DNA from: Patescibacteria group bacterium
Lineage (GTDB): Bacteria; Patescibacteriota; Patescibacteriia; UBA10025; JAHIVO01
Reading direction: 5' to 3'
Length of the DNA: 64,000 nucleotides
Assembly: GCA_049325535.1 (NCBI GenBank)
Contig: JBMOKY010000001.1
Coordinates: 813,942-877,941 of the forward strand
Shown: piece after piece, positions 27,601 to 35,141 of the stretch
Layout: every line of letters begins with the position of its first letter
Numbering within the stretch: position 1 is the stretch's first letter
The notes under the pieces: generated by a model
Told to the model about the DNA's origin: nothing
Database searches by the model: none
Seen by the model: the letters and a program-made list of their open reading frames with translations, nothing else
Position numbers and translations under genes: made by a program

Positions 27601-27875
27601 GAGGTGAGTAGCGCGGGCGTAACTCCCATAATACTGACTATCTTACGCCGGGAGGTCGATCCACGCACAATACGAATCGAAGATGTCGGCACGCGGAAAT
27701 ATGTAGCCAGGACAGCGCACACCGCCTGATTTGCCCTGCCGTGATCCGGACTGGCCGTGACGCGAATCTTCAGCGCTTCACCATACAGCCCGACGATGCT
27801 ATTGCGCTTACCGTGTGGGGATACGATCACCGAGACCTGCATGCCATGAGCCGGATGATAACGATACCAAGACAT
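27573..27875 (-). CDS. DUF167 (YggU-family) protein
   Basis: KIRVTASPDHGRANQAVCAVLATYFRVPTSSIRIVRGSTSRRKIV matches the YggU/DUF167 pattern. Confidence 0.6.
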   Translation of the reverse strand: MSWYRYHPAHGMQVSVIVSPHGKRNSIVGLYGEALKIRVTASPDHGRANQAVCAVLATYFRVPTSSIRIVRGSTSRRKIVSIMGVTPALLTSCDIPLQHH

Positions 27876-27876
27876 T

Positions 27877-29022
27877 TTATTTTTTTGAGTACACCGCCAG
27901 GGTTTCCTCCGCCGCCCTGCGCCAGGAAAAATCTCGAGCCCGGGCCATGCCGGCCGTGCGCAGCCGTTGCTGCAGCGCCGGGGTGGCTATCAGTTCCTTC
28001 ATGGCTTCAGCCAGCGCCAAATCGTTCTCTGGATTCACCCGCAGTGCTGCATTGCCCGTTATCTCAGGGAGCGAGGAAATATTGCTGGTGATAACCGGCG
28101 TCCCGAGAGCCATCGCCTCCATGACTGGCAATCCAAACCCCTCATAACTGGAAGGGAAAGCGAAACACGCAGCTCGTTTGATCAGCTCAATTTTTTGATT
28201 GTGCGTGACGTACCCCAGGTATTTCACCTGTTTGGTCAGTTTCAGCTCTTTGATCGCCTCAAATACCTCCTCATGCTTATACCCCTTCGCACCGGCTAAT
28301 ACCAACTGATAGTCAGCAAAGCGAACCCGCGGGTATTTGGCGTCAGCGTCTAAAAATTTGCGGTACGCCCGGAGGAGCGTGGCAATATTCTTGCGCGGCT
28401 CGATAGTGCCGACGAAGAATATGTACCGAGACGACAAATTGAATCGTTTCAAACTATCGATTGATTGATTCCGCACGGAAATTTTTTGCACATGCACCCC
28501 TTCATAGACTACGGACATTTTCTTTGCCGGGATATTAAATAGGGTTTTCAGGTCTTTGCGCGTACTCTCGGATACCGCTATGATATGGTCGGCAGCACTC
28601 AGGCTCCGCGGCACCAGCAGTCGGGTACTGAATATTTGCGAGGGAAACCAGGCCGGATTCTTATAAATGGCGAGGTCATGGACCGTGACGATGCTTTTTT
28701 TCGGATAGGTCAGCGGCAGCGAGGTGATCGGCGAATGAAACACATCAAGCCCGTGCTTCAATAGATATGCCGAGATCAGCATGTGCGAATACGCGAACGG
28801 CATGAATTTATTGTACTGTGAGAATGGAAGCTGTTTGATTCGGACATTTTCCTGCACAAATTCCTTCGTATCGGGCACTCGATGGTCGAAATATAAATAA
28901 TATGTATTTTTCGTATCGACTTTCAACAAATTACGCACCAAATGGTACGTATAGTGACCGACGCCAGCGCCTTCGCCGGATTTCGGATTCAGGATAGTAC
29001 GACAGTCGATGCCAATACGCAT
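27877..29022 (-). CDS. Glycosyltransferase family 4 (GT-B)
   Basis: EGFGLPVMEAMALGTPVITSN (the EX7E GT4 motif region). Start taken at MRIGIDCRTIL (29022) to avoid overlap with argS; the ORF track opens at 29154. Confidence 0.75.
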   Translation of the reverse strand: MRIGIDCRTILNPKSGEGAGVGHYTYHLVRNLLKVDTKNTYYLYFDHRVPDTKEFVQENVRIKQLPFSQYNKFMPFAYSHMLISAYLLKHGLDVFHSPITSLPLTYPKKSIVTVHDLAIYKNPAWFPSQIFSTRLLVPRSLSAADHIIAVSESTRKDLKTLFNIPAKKMSVVYEGVHVQKISVRNQSIDSLKRFNLSSRYIFFVGTIEPRKNIATLLRAYRKFLDADAKYPRVRFADYQLVLAGAKGYKHEEVFEAIKELKLTKQVKYLGYVTHNQKIELIKRAACFAFPSSYEGFGLPVMEAMALGTPVITSNISSLPEITGNAALRVNPENDLALAEAMKELIATPALQQRLRTAGMARARDFSWRRAAEETLAVYSKK

Positions 29023-29033
29023 AAGGGTGGAGA

Positions 29034-30677
29034 TTACATTTTTTCTGGGGCAGTGATGCCCATGGTTCCCAATACCTGCCGCAAAATAATTTGTGTCGCC
29101 CGGATCAGCTGAACGCGACTGCGCTGCGCGCTTCGGCCCTGAATCACTCGGCACTGCGTATAAAAGTCGTGGAACTGCGTGGCTAGCTCTATGGCATAAA
29201 ACGGTAATCGGTGCACGTGATACGTCTGGCTGACATCAGTCACGAGCTCGGGCCATTTGAGAATCGTCTTGATCAGCCGTACCTCGGGCAATTCCATCCG
29301 AACATTCCGTGCCTCTGCTTTCGGTGCAAATCCCTGTACTTTCTTCAGTATACTACAGATACGCGCATGCGCATATTGGACATAGTACACTGGGTTGTCT
29401 TTTGACTGCTTTTTCGCCAGATCCATGTCAAAATCCATGTGCGAATTGAACTCATGCATGAGAAAGAAAAAACGAGCTGCATCCACTCCGACCTCCTCTA
29501 CCAGCTCATCGAGCGTCACAAAGGTGCCGGATCGTTTGGACATCCGGACCTCTTGGCCTTTTTTCAGCAACCGGACCATCTGGATGATGATGATGTCCAA
29601 TCGGTCAGCCAATCCGAGCAATTGCATAGCCGCCTGCATCCGGCCGATGTACCCATGGTGATCGGCGCCCAAAAGAAAAATTTCCCGATCGAATTTGCGT
29701 TTGAAAAATCGATTATACCGCAGGGCGATGTCTGATAGGAAATACACCGGCTCTTCATTTGCCTTGATCAGCACTCTGTCTTTATCGTCGCCGTAGACGG
29801 TGGTACGGAGCCAGATAGCACCCTCGGATTTGTACAGCACCCCTTGTTTTTTCAGCAGAGCTAATACCGTATCAACGGTACCGGATGAATACAGTGTTTT
29901 TTCCGAAAACCACTCATCATACTTGATGCCCAGCCGGTTTACCAGTAATTTCTGGATGTCCCTGATCATCTTTTCCAGGATGCGCCCTTTGATTTTATCG
30001 CGCACCTCTTCAATTTTTTGTACATTATTTAATTTATAATTTGGCACATTGATTCGCCGTGCCAGGTCACTGATGTAGGTTCCTTGATAGCAATATTCTG
30101 GGTATTCCATTTTAATCCCCTGCTGAATCCAATACCGACGCACCACGGATTCCGCCAATATATTTACCTGGTTACCGATGTCATTGATATAGTACTCCCG
30201 CCGTGGCCGAAACCCTCCCAGCGCCAAAACATTGGCCAGGGTATCGCCGGCAAAAGCGGCGCGACCGTTAGCAATGGTTACTGGACCGGTGGGATTTGCC
30301 GAGACAAATTCGATGACAATTTTTTTCCCCGCCCCCATGTCGGATCTGGCGAATGCCGTTTTCTCATTGAGCACCGCGGCAACCTGCCGCTTCAGCCACC
30401 CGTGTTTCAATTTAAAATTGATAAAACCCGGCGGAACAATCTCCACCGTTTCCACCGGCGCCATTCCGCCCAGCGATGCGACCAGCGTCTGGGCGATATC
30501 CATCGGGCTGCGATGCAGTAATGGCGCCAGCTGCATGGCGATATTTGTCGAATAATCACCAAATCGCTCCTCCGGCGGATAATTCAATTCTATGCGCGGC
30601 ACGTGTCCCCGTAATTCCGCCCACTCATTGATGATGGTACGGGAGATTTTTGCGATGAAAAAACGCTTGAGGTTCAT
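29034..30677 (-). CDS. argS: Arginyl-tRNA synthetase
   Basis: FVSANPTGP... ArgRS N-terminal catalytic block and LLGADHHGYIGRM. 547 aa. The HIGH tetrapeptide position reads TIAN (see findings). Confidence 0.9.
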   Translation of the reverse strand: MNLKRFFIAKISRTIINEWAELRGHVPRIELNYPPEERFGDYSTNIAMQLAPLLHRSPMDIAQTLVASLGGMAPVETVEIVPPGFINFKLKHGWLKRQVAAVLNEKTAFARSDMGAGKKIVIEFVSANPTGPVTIANGRAAFAGDTLANVLALGGFRPRREYYINDIGNQVNILAESVVRRYWIQQGIKMEYPEYCYQGTYISDLARRINVPNYKLNNVQKIEEVRDKIKGRILEKMIRDIQKLLVNRLGIKYDEWFSEKTLYSSGTVDTVLALLKKQGVLYKSEGAIWLRTTVYGDDKDRVLIKANEEPVYFLSDIALRYNRFFKRKFDREIFLLGADHHGYIGRMQAAMQLLGLADRLDIIIIQMVRLLKKGQEVRMSKRSGTFVTLDELVEEVGVDAARFFFLMHEFNSHMDFDMDLAKKQSKDNPVYYVQYAHARICSILKKVQGFAPKAEARNVRMELPEVRLIKTILKWPELVTDVSQTYHVHRLPFYAIELATQFHDFYTQCRVIQGRSAQRSRVQLIRATQIILRQVLGTMGITAPEKM

Positions 30678-30777
30678 AGATAGCTATAGTATAGCATACT
30701 ACGCTTGACGAGTGACGCTCCGTACGATACGATTGGAGACTTTGTACATTGCACATCATTGACTACAGGAGGATCAT

Positions 30778-31341
30778 ATGACGGAACGAGACGTCACCTA
30801 TGCATCAGTTGTCTTTGCCGTTATGAGTCATTCGCCGCGCCTGGTCAAATGGCTGGAAAATGAGGGCGTGAGCACCGACACCCTGTGTCGAGCCGATGCC
30901 GTTTTATTTATCCATCCGGAATCAAAAGGGTTGGCCATCCTCAAACTGCCGGCAGACCTCATCACCAAACTCTGTACCGTGCAAGAAGACATCGCCCGGA
31001 CGTCCGGCTATATCTGGGAAATTACCAGCGTCATGGCGGAAAAAACTATCGAGCCATACGCCATCTGCCTCACCGTTCACGCAAACCGTCTCCGTGCCGA
31101 ACTGGCGCTCAAAAATGGAGGAGATGAACTGGCCTATGTTCAGATTCCCGACCTGGGAAAAGCGCTGTTGGCCTTCATCGAGCTGGATAAAATGAATGAT
31201 GACGAAAACGCCGTCATTCCCCTGCTGGTGGATGACGCCTTGCTCACCGGAAGCTTCTACGAAGACCCGGACGACCTGAGTAAATGCTGGCCCGGCGCGA
31301 GTGTCATGCAGTTCATACCGTTTGCCAAAGAAAAGGCATGA
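30778..31341 (+). CDS. Hypothetical protein
   Basis: 187-aa ORF preceded by AGGAGGA and followed by a strong terminator. Confidence 0.45.
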   Translation: MTERDVTYASVVFAVMSHSPRLVKWLENEGVSTDTLCRADAVLFIHPESKGLAILKLPADLITKLCTVQEDIARTSGYIWEITSVMAEKTIEPYAICLTVHANRLRAELALKNGGDELAYVQIPDLGKALLAFIELDKMNDDENAVIPLLVDDALLTGSFYEDPDDLSKCWPGASVMQFIPFAKEKA

Positions 31342-31365
31342 TCCGTGGATCCACTTCACGTCATT

Positions 31366-31401
31366 CCCGCCTATTGCCCATACACCGGTAGGCGGGTTTT
31401 T
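31366..31401 (+). terminator. Rho-independent terminator
   Basis: Stem cccgccta / taggcggg with a 15-nt loop, followed by ttttt. Confidence 0.6.
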
Positions 31402-31432
31402 ATTCACACCACTTTCGACTATACTTACTCAC

Positions 31433-31882
31433 ATGCCCACTCTGACCACAAACAAACGCGCCTGGCATGATTACCAGATCCTCGAGGAACAAGAGGCTGG
31501 TATAGTATTGACCGGCGCCGAGGTAAAAGCAATCAAACAGGGTCACGCCAATCTCCGGGGCAGCTATATCTCCATCCGCCAACAAGAATTATGGCTGATC
31601 GGAGCCCATATTAGCCCCTATGCTATGGCTGCCGGACGAGGGCAGATGGATCCCGCGCGCGATCGTAAATTGATTATGCGTCGAATAGAGATAGATTCAT
31701 TACAAGGAAAAGAACACTCCCAAGGCTTGACAATCGTGCCACTTTCTGTTTATACTAAGGGGGGCTTAATCAAAGTTAAGCTCGGTATTTGTAGAGGCAA
31801 GAAGGCACATGATAAACGCTCGTCAATCAAGAAGCGGGAAACTGATCGCCTCATCCAACGGGCGCTCAGACAGAAAGCATAG
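31433..31882 (+). CDS. smpB: SsrA-binding protein SmpB
   Basis: MPTLTTNKRAWHDYQILEEQEAGIVLTGAEVKAIKQG...GLIKVKLGICRGKK is a clear SmpB. Start taken at the internal ATG at 31433; the ORF track begins at 31301. Confidence 0.9.
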   Translation: MPTLTTNKRAWHDYQILEEQEAGIVLTGAEVKAIKQGHANLRGSYISIRQQELWLIGAHISPYAMAAGRGQMDPARDRKLIMRRIEIDSLQGKEHSQGLTIVPLSVYTKGGLIKVKLGICRGKKAHDKRSSIKKRETDRLIQRALRQKA

Positions 31883-31955
31883 CGACAAACGCCTGAAATA
31901 GTTTGCGGAAAGTGTCGAAAACTACTTGATAAGAAGGAGTTTTCGAAACCTTTCT

Positions 31956-32355
31956 GGGAGCGATCTAAAATCGACAGTAGTACGTTGATACGAATTGCAA
32001 GCCGTCTCATGCTATCTCGAGACGCTAAACTCCCGATAGCACTACACAAATGCCAATTCATTTGTTTCAAAAGTGAAGGCTACGTTCGCTTCGGCGTTCC
32101 GTATGCCGGCACTCGCAGTTGCATAACTATCCAACTGCCATTACCTATGTGATGTCCGATATCATAGCGTAGTGACATTTTCGGAATACGACGCCGGTGT
32201 CGTCACTGCCGGTGTCCGACCAATTGTGTGACGTAGGATCATGGGGTTTTTGCGCGTTTCATACCCATGACCCGAACCTATGAGACGCGCTACGCTTGTA
32301 GAGATTTGTACCACGGGCTGCATGGACAGGGGTGCGATGCCCCTCGCTTCCACCA
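31956..32355 (+). ncRNA. ssrA: tmRNA (SsrA), standard one-piece form, about 400 nt
   Basis: Lies immediately downstream of smpB. 5' end GGGAGCGAUCUAAAAUCGACAG resembles E. coli GGGGCUGAUUCUGGAUUCGACGG. 3' end GGAC-AGGGG-UGCGAUG-CCCCU-CGCUUCC-ACCA has the T-arm, acceptor and ACCA architecture of GGACGCGGGUUCAACUCCCGCCAGCUCCACCA. The 5' GGGAGCG pairs with the 3' CGCUUCC. The candidate tag ORF ends ...PALAVA with a UAA at 32124..32126. Confidence 0.65.
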
Positions 32356-32378
32356 TTTTATCCAATAACTGAAAAAAT

Positions 32379-32921
32379 ATTCGCCACTCCCAAAAACCGA
32401 AATTCGTCAGGCGCCAGCGCGTCAATGAACAAATTCGCGTGCCCCAGGTGCGCGTCATCGATGAACAGGGCGAACAACTCGGCGTTCTCGATACCCGGCG
32501 TGCCATGGATCTCGCCCACGAACGCGGTTTCGATTTGATTGAAGTCTCGCCGCTGGCAGAACCGCCGGTATGCCGTATTGCGGACTACGGCGCATTTCTC
32601 TTCAATCAGGACAAAAAAGAACGGAAACAGAAAGCCAAACAGAAAAAAGTCGAGGTCAAAGGCATTCGACTCACCCTGAAGATTGGCCCCCACGACCTGG
32701 AAAATCGACGCCGCCAATCGCTAAAATTTTTGGAAAAGGGCGACAAAACCAAAGTGGAGATGATATTGCGGGGCCGAGAACGAGCCTATGCGGATCGAGC
32801 AGTCGAGATCATGAAAAAATTCGCTCAGGACCTCGCCGCGGAAAATGCCAATGTCCTGGTGGAAAAAGGGGCATCCCGCCAGGGCAATCGCCTCTTCATG
32901 ATTATCGGCATGAAAAAATAG
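32379..32921 (+). CDS. infC: Translation initiation factor IF-3
   Basis: INEQIRVPQVRVIDEQGEQLGVL...EPPVCRIADYG is a clear IF-3. The frame is open upstream to 32373. The N-terminus needs about 15 aa before the INEQIR block, so an in-frame ATT at 32379 is proposed as the start (AUU starts are typical of infC). The ORF track uses GTG at 32439. Confidence 0.8.
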   Translation: MRHSQKPKFVRRQRVNEQIRVPQVRVIDEQGEQLGVLDTRRAMDLAHERGFDLIEVSPLAEPPVCRIADYGAFLFNQDKKERKQKAKQKKVEVKGIRLTLKIGPHDLENRRRQSLKFLEKGDKTKVEMILRGRERAYADRAVEIMKKFAQDLAAENANVLVEKGASRQGNRLFMIIGMKK

Positions 32922-32941
32922 TACCACCCGCGCCAGCATGG

Positions 32942-32966
32942 CAACTGGCATCCCAGTTGACTTTTT
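32942..32966 (+). terminator. Hairpin plus U-tract between infC and rpmI (terminator or attenuator)
   Basis: caactgg-catc-ccagttg followed by acttttt. Confidence 0.4.
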
Positions 32967-33011
32967 CCTGTATTCACCGTAACCTATACTCTACATAATT
33001 TACCTATCCGT

Positions 33012-33212
33012 ATGCCTAAACTAAAGACTCATAAAGCAACCGCGAAACGCGTCCGTGTCAGTGGCGCCCGAAAACTGCTCCGCCGCCGTGCCGGCCAAGA
33101 TCATTTTAATTCACGAGAATCCGGAACTGTCACCCGCAGTAAACGCCGCGACGCATCGATTGCCGAGACTGCAGCCGCGAAAACTATTAAAATCCTAACC
33201 CCTTATCGCTAG
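33012..33212 (+). CDS. rpmI: 50S ribosomal protein L35
   Basis: MPKLKTHKATAKRVRVSGARKLLRRRAG... Confidence 0.9.
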   Translation: MPKLKTHKATAKRVRVSGARKLLRRRAGQDHFNSRESGTVTRSKRRDASIAETAAAKTIKILTPYR

Positions 33213-33215
33213 CAT

Positions 33216-33560
33216 ATGCGCGTCAAACGAGGAACAAGTCACGTCCACCATCGTAATCGGATCCTGAAACGTACCAAAGGTTTCCGCTGGGGTCGGAAAA
33301 GACTCATTACATTAGCTAAAACTGCCGAGACCAAAGCGGGGGCGCACGCCTATCGAGATCGCCGCGTCAAAAAACGAAATACCCGCCGCGTCTGGAATGT
33401 ACAAATCAATGCGGGCACCCGCATCCATAATCTTTCCTATAGCAAATTCATCAAGCAGCTCAAGGACGCAAAAGTCGAACTCGACCGGAAGTCATTGGCA
33501 TATCTGGCCGAACACCAGCCTGAGGCATTTGCCTACATCGTCAAACACATCAGCAAATAG
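33216..33560 (+). CDS. rplT: 50S ribosomal protein L20
   Basis: MRVKRGTSHVHHRNRILKRTKGFRWGRKRL... Confidence 0.9.
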   Translation: MRVKRGTSHVHHRNRILKRTKGFRWGRKRLITLAKTAETKAGAHAYRDRRVKKRNTRRVWNVQINAGTRIHNLSYSKFIKQLKDAKVELDRKSLAYLAEHQPEAFAYIVKHISK

Positions 33561-33582
33561 CGGCACAAACACAACGAAGCAA

Positions 33583-33607
33583 GTCCATGGTGTAGCCCGG
33601 TTAACCC
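33583..33607 (+). repeat. Partial duplicate of the tRNA-Asp 5' region (acceptor 3'-part and D-arm); tRNA remnant
   Basis: ccatggtgtagcccggttaac matches positions 4-24 of the downstream tRNA-Asp. No T-arm or acceptor complement follows. Confidence 0.4.
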
Positions 33608-33675
33608 CGTAGAAACTCTCACGGCGTTCGAGTTGTACGTGGCAAGCACGCCGACAAATCAATACGGTTCAGAGC

Positions 33676-33750
33676 GGGCCCATGGTGTAGCCCGGTTAAC
33701 ACGCCTCCCTGTCACGGAGGAGATCAGGGGTTCAAATCCCCTTGGGCCCG
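33676..33750 (+). tRNA. tRNA-Asp (anticodon GTC)
   Basis: Cloverleaf folded by hand: acceptor GGGCCCA/UGGGCCC, D-stem GUGU/ACAC, anticodon stem CCUCC/GGAGG with loop CUGUCAC, T-arm AGGGG-UUCAAAU-CCCCU, discriminator G. CCA is not encoded. Confidence 0.85.
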
Positions 33751-33892
33751 CTCTGAACCGTAGAATTACTCCCTGCCCGCCCTCGCGAGTACCGGCATTT
33801 TTTTTGAATTGACAAAACACCCCACCAATACTAAGGTAACGTAATTCAAAACAAAGACTCAAACAGTTCACCATCAAAAAACGAGGTTTATC

Positions 33893-34978
33893 ATGGACGC
33901 AACCACACTTGGACAAAAGATCCAGGAACATCCAGAAGCAACCGGATTCATCGGTCTTCCCGCTGCGCCGTGCAAGTATGGCGAAAATGCCTGGCAGGCA
34001 CCGGCGCGTCTGATGCGGTTTCTCGATGAACAGGCTGCCGCAGATCCACTGACGCTCGACAAATTCACCCTCCTGGCCGGAACCGACCCGAGCTACAATA
34101 ACTTTTGTGATCTCGACCGTCTCCTGCAGACGACGACGCATATCGCGGCCGGTTTCGACGTCAACTTCCAGTACGTTCCAGCGATCGCCGTAGCCGTCAA
34201 ACACGGAAACGCATGCGGCGCCAGCGTCGGTGATGATCACGTCACCGTGCTGCAGAAAGTCGTCATGGGTGACCCGCGGGCGATATTCGGCGGGCTGGTC
34301 ATGGTTAATTTCCCCATCGGGGAAATCGAGGCTGAAGTGCTCCTATCGTATGGTACCGCCGGTGGCCGCCGACTGCTGGACGGAATCGTCGCTCCGGACT
34401 TCTCGCCCGAGGCCGTCAGCATGTTGTCCCGGAAAAAGGATAAATGCCGTTTCCTGCAGAACTCCGCGCTGGCACGGCTGAGCCAGAACTCTCTCGATGC
34501 GCGCCTGCGCTTCCGATACGTCCGCGGGGGGTGGCTGGAACAGCCGAACTACACCTACATTTTCAGCTTCAATCATCCCAATCTGGAAATCAATGGGGTG
34601 CTCAGCCAGCAGGAAATGACCGACCTGGTGCTGGGCTGGGCGATCAATGCCACCAGCAACTCGAACACCATCACGCTGACCAAAGACGGCATGCTGATCG
34701 GCAACGGCACCGGCCAGCAGGATCGCGTCAGCGCCGCGGAGCTGGCGATCAGAAAAACGGTGGATGCGCACCATACGACGTTCAAGGCAGTCGCGATCAG
34801 CGACAGCTTCTTCCCATTCACGGATGGACCCGAACGTCTGTGCGTAGCCGGCGTATCAGCCATTTTGACCACCTCCAGCTCGGTAGCGGACGAAAAAGTC
34901 CGTGAGACCATCATGAACCGCGGGGTGGCACTGGCGTGGCTGCCCGATGCCGATGGCCGTGGTTTCTACGGGCATTAA
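33893..34978 (+). CDS. purH: AICAR transformylase domain protein (PurH C-terminal domain only, no IMP cyclohydrolase/MGS domain)
   Basis: VKHGNACGAS (the KHxNPCG-like motif) and AISDSFFPFTDG (SDAFFPF) are AICARFT signatures. At 361 aa the protein covers only the transformylase half of bifunctional PurH. Confidence 0.7.
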   Translation: MDATTLGQKIQEHPEATGFIGLPAAPCKYGENAWQAPARLMRFLDEQAAADPLTLDKFTLLAGTDPSYNNFCDLDRLLQTTTHIAAGFDVNFQYVPAIAVAVKHGNACGASVGDDHVTVLQKVVMGDPRAIFGGLVMVNFPIGEIEAEVLLSYGTAGGRRLLDGIVAPDFSPEAVSMLSRKKDKCRFLQNSALARLSQNSLDARLRFRYVRGGWLEQPNYTYIFSFNHPNLEINGVLSQQEMTDLVLGWAINATSNSNTITLTKDGMLIGNGTGQQDRVSAAELAIRKTVDAHHTTFKAVAISDSFFPFTDGPERLCVAGVSAILTTSSSVADEKVRETIMNRGVALAWLPDADGRGFYGH

Positions 34979-35010
34979 TCCTGACTCTCCTCGCGCTGTT
35001 CGCTCTCACT

Positions 35011-35044
35011 GGCGGCCTGCTCTACCCAGGCCGCCATTTTTATT
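35011..35044 (+). terminator. Rho-independent terminator after the purH-like gene
   Basis: ggcggcct-gctctaccc-aggccgcc followed by atttttatt. Confidence 0.55.
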
Positions 35045-35141
35045 GACTAAAATTAACTAAATTGGTAAGGTGCTCAAACGAAAACAGATACTAAAAAAAT
35101 TACAAAACCGTTCACTACTAAACCAAGAAGGAGGTGTGCAA

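Noticed and set aside
31750-32717. Several ORFs of 68-119 aa overlapping the smpB-infC spacer
   Set aside because: The region is occupied by the tmRNA (31956-32355) and the 5' end of infC. The ORFs are incidental.
33583-33660. Possible second tRNA gene upstream of tRNA-Asp
   Set aside because: Only the acceptor/D-arm portion is duplicated. No complementary acceptor 3' strand or T-stem could be folded.
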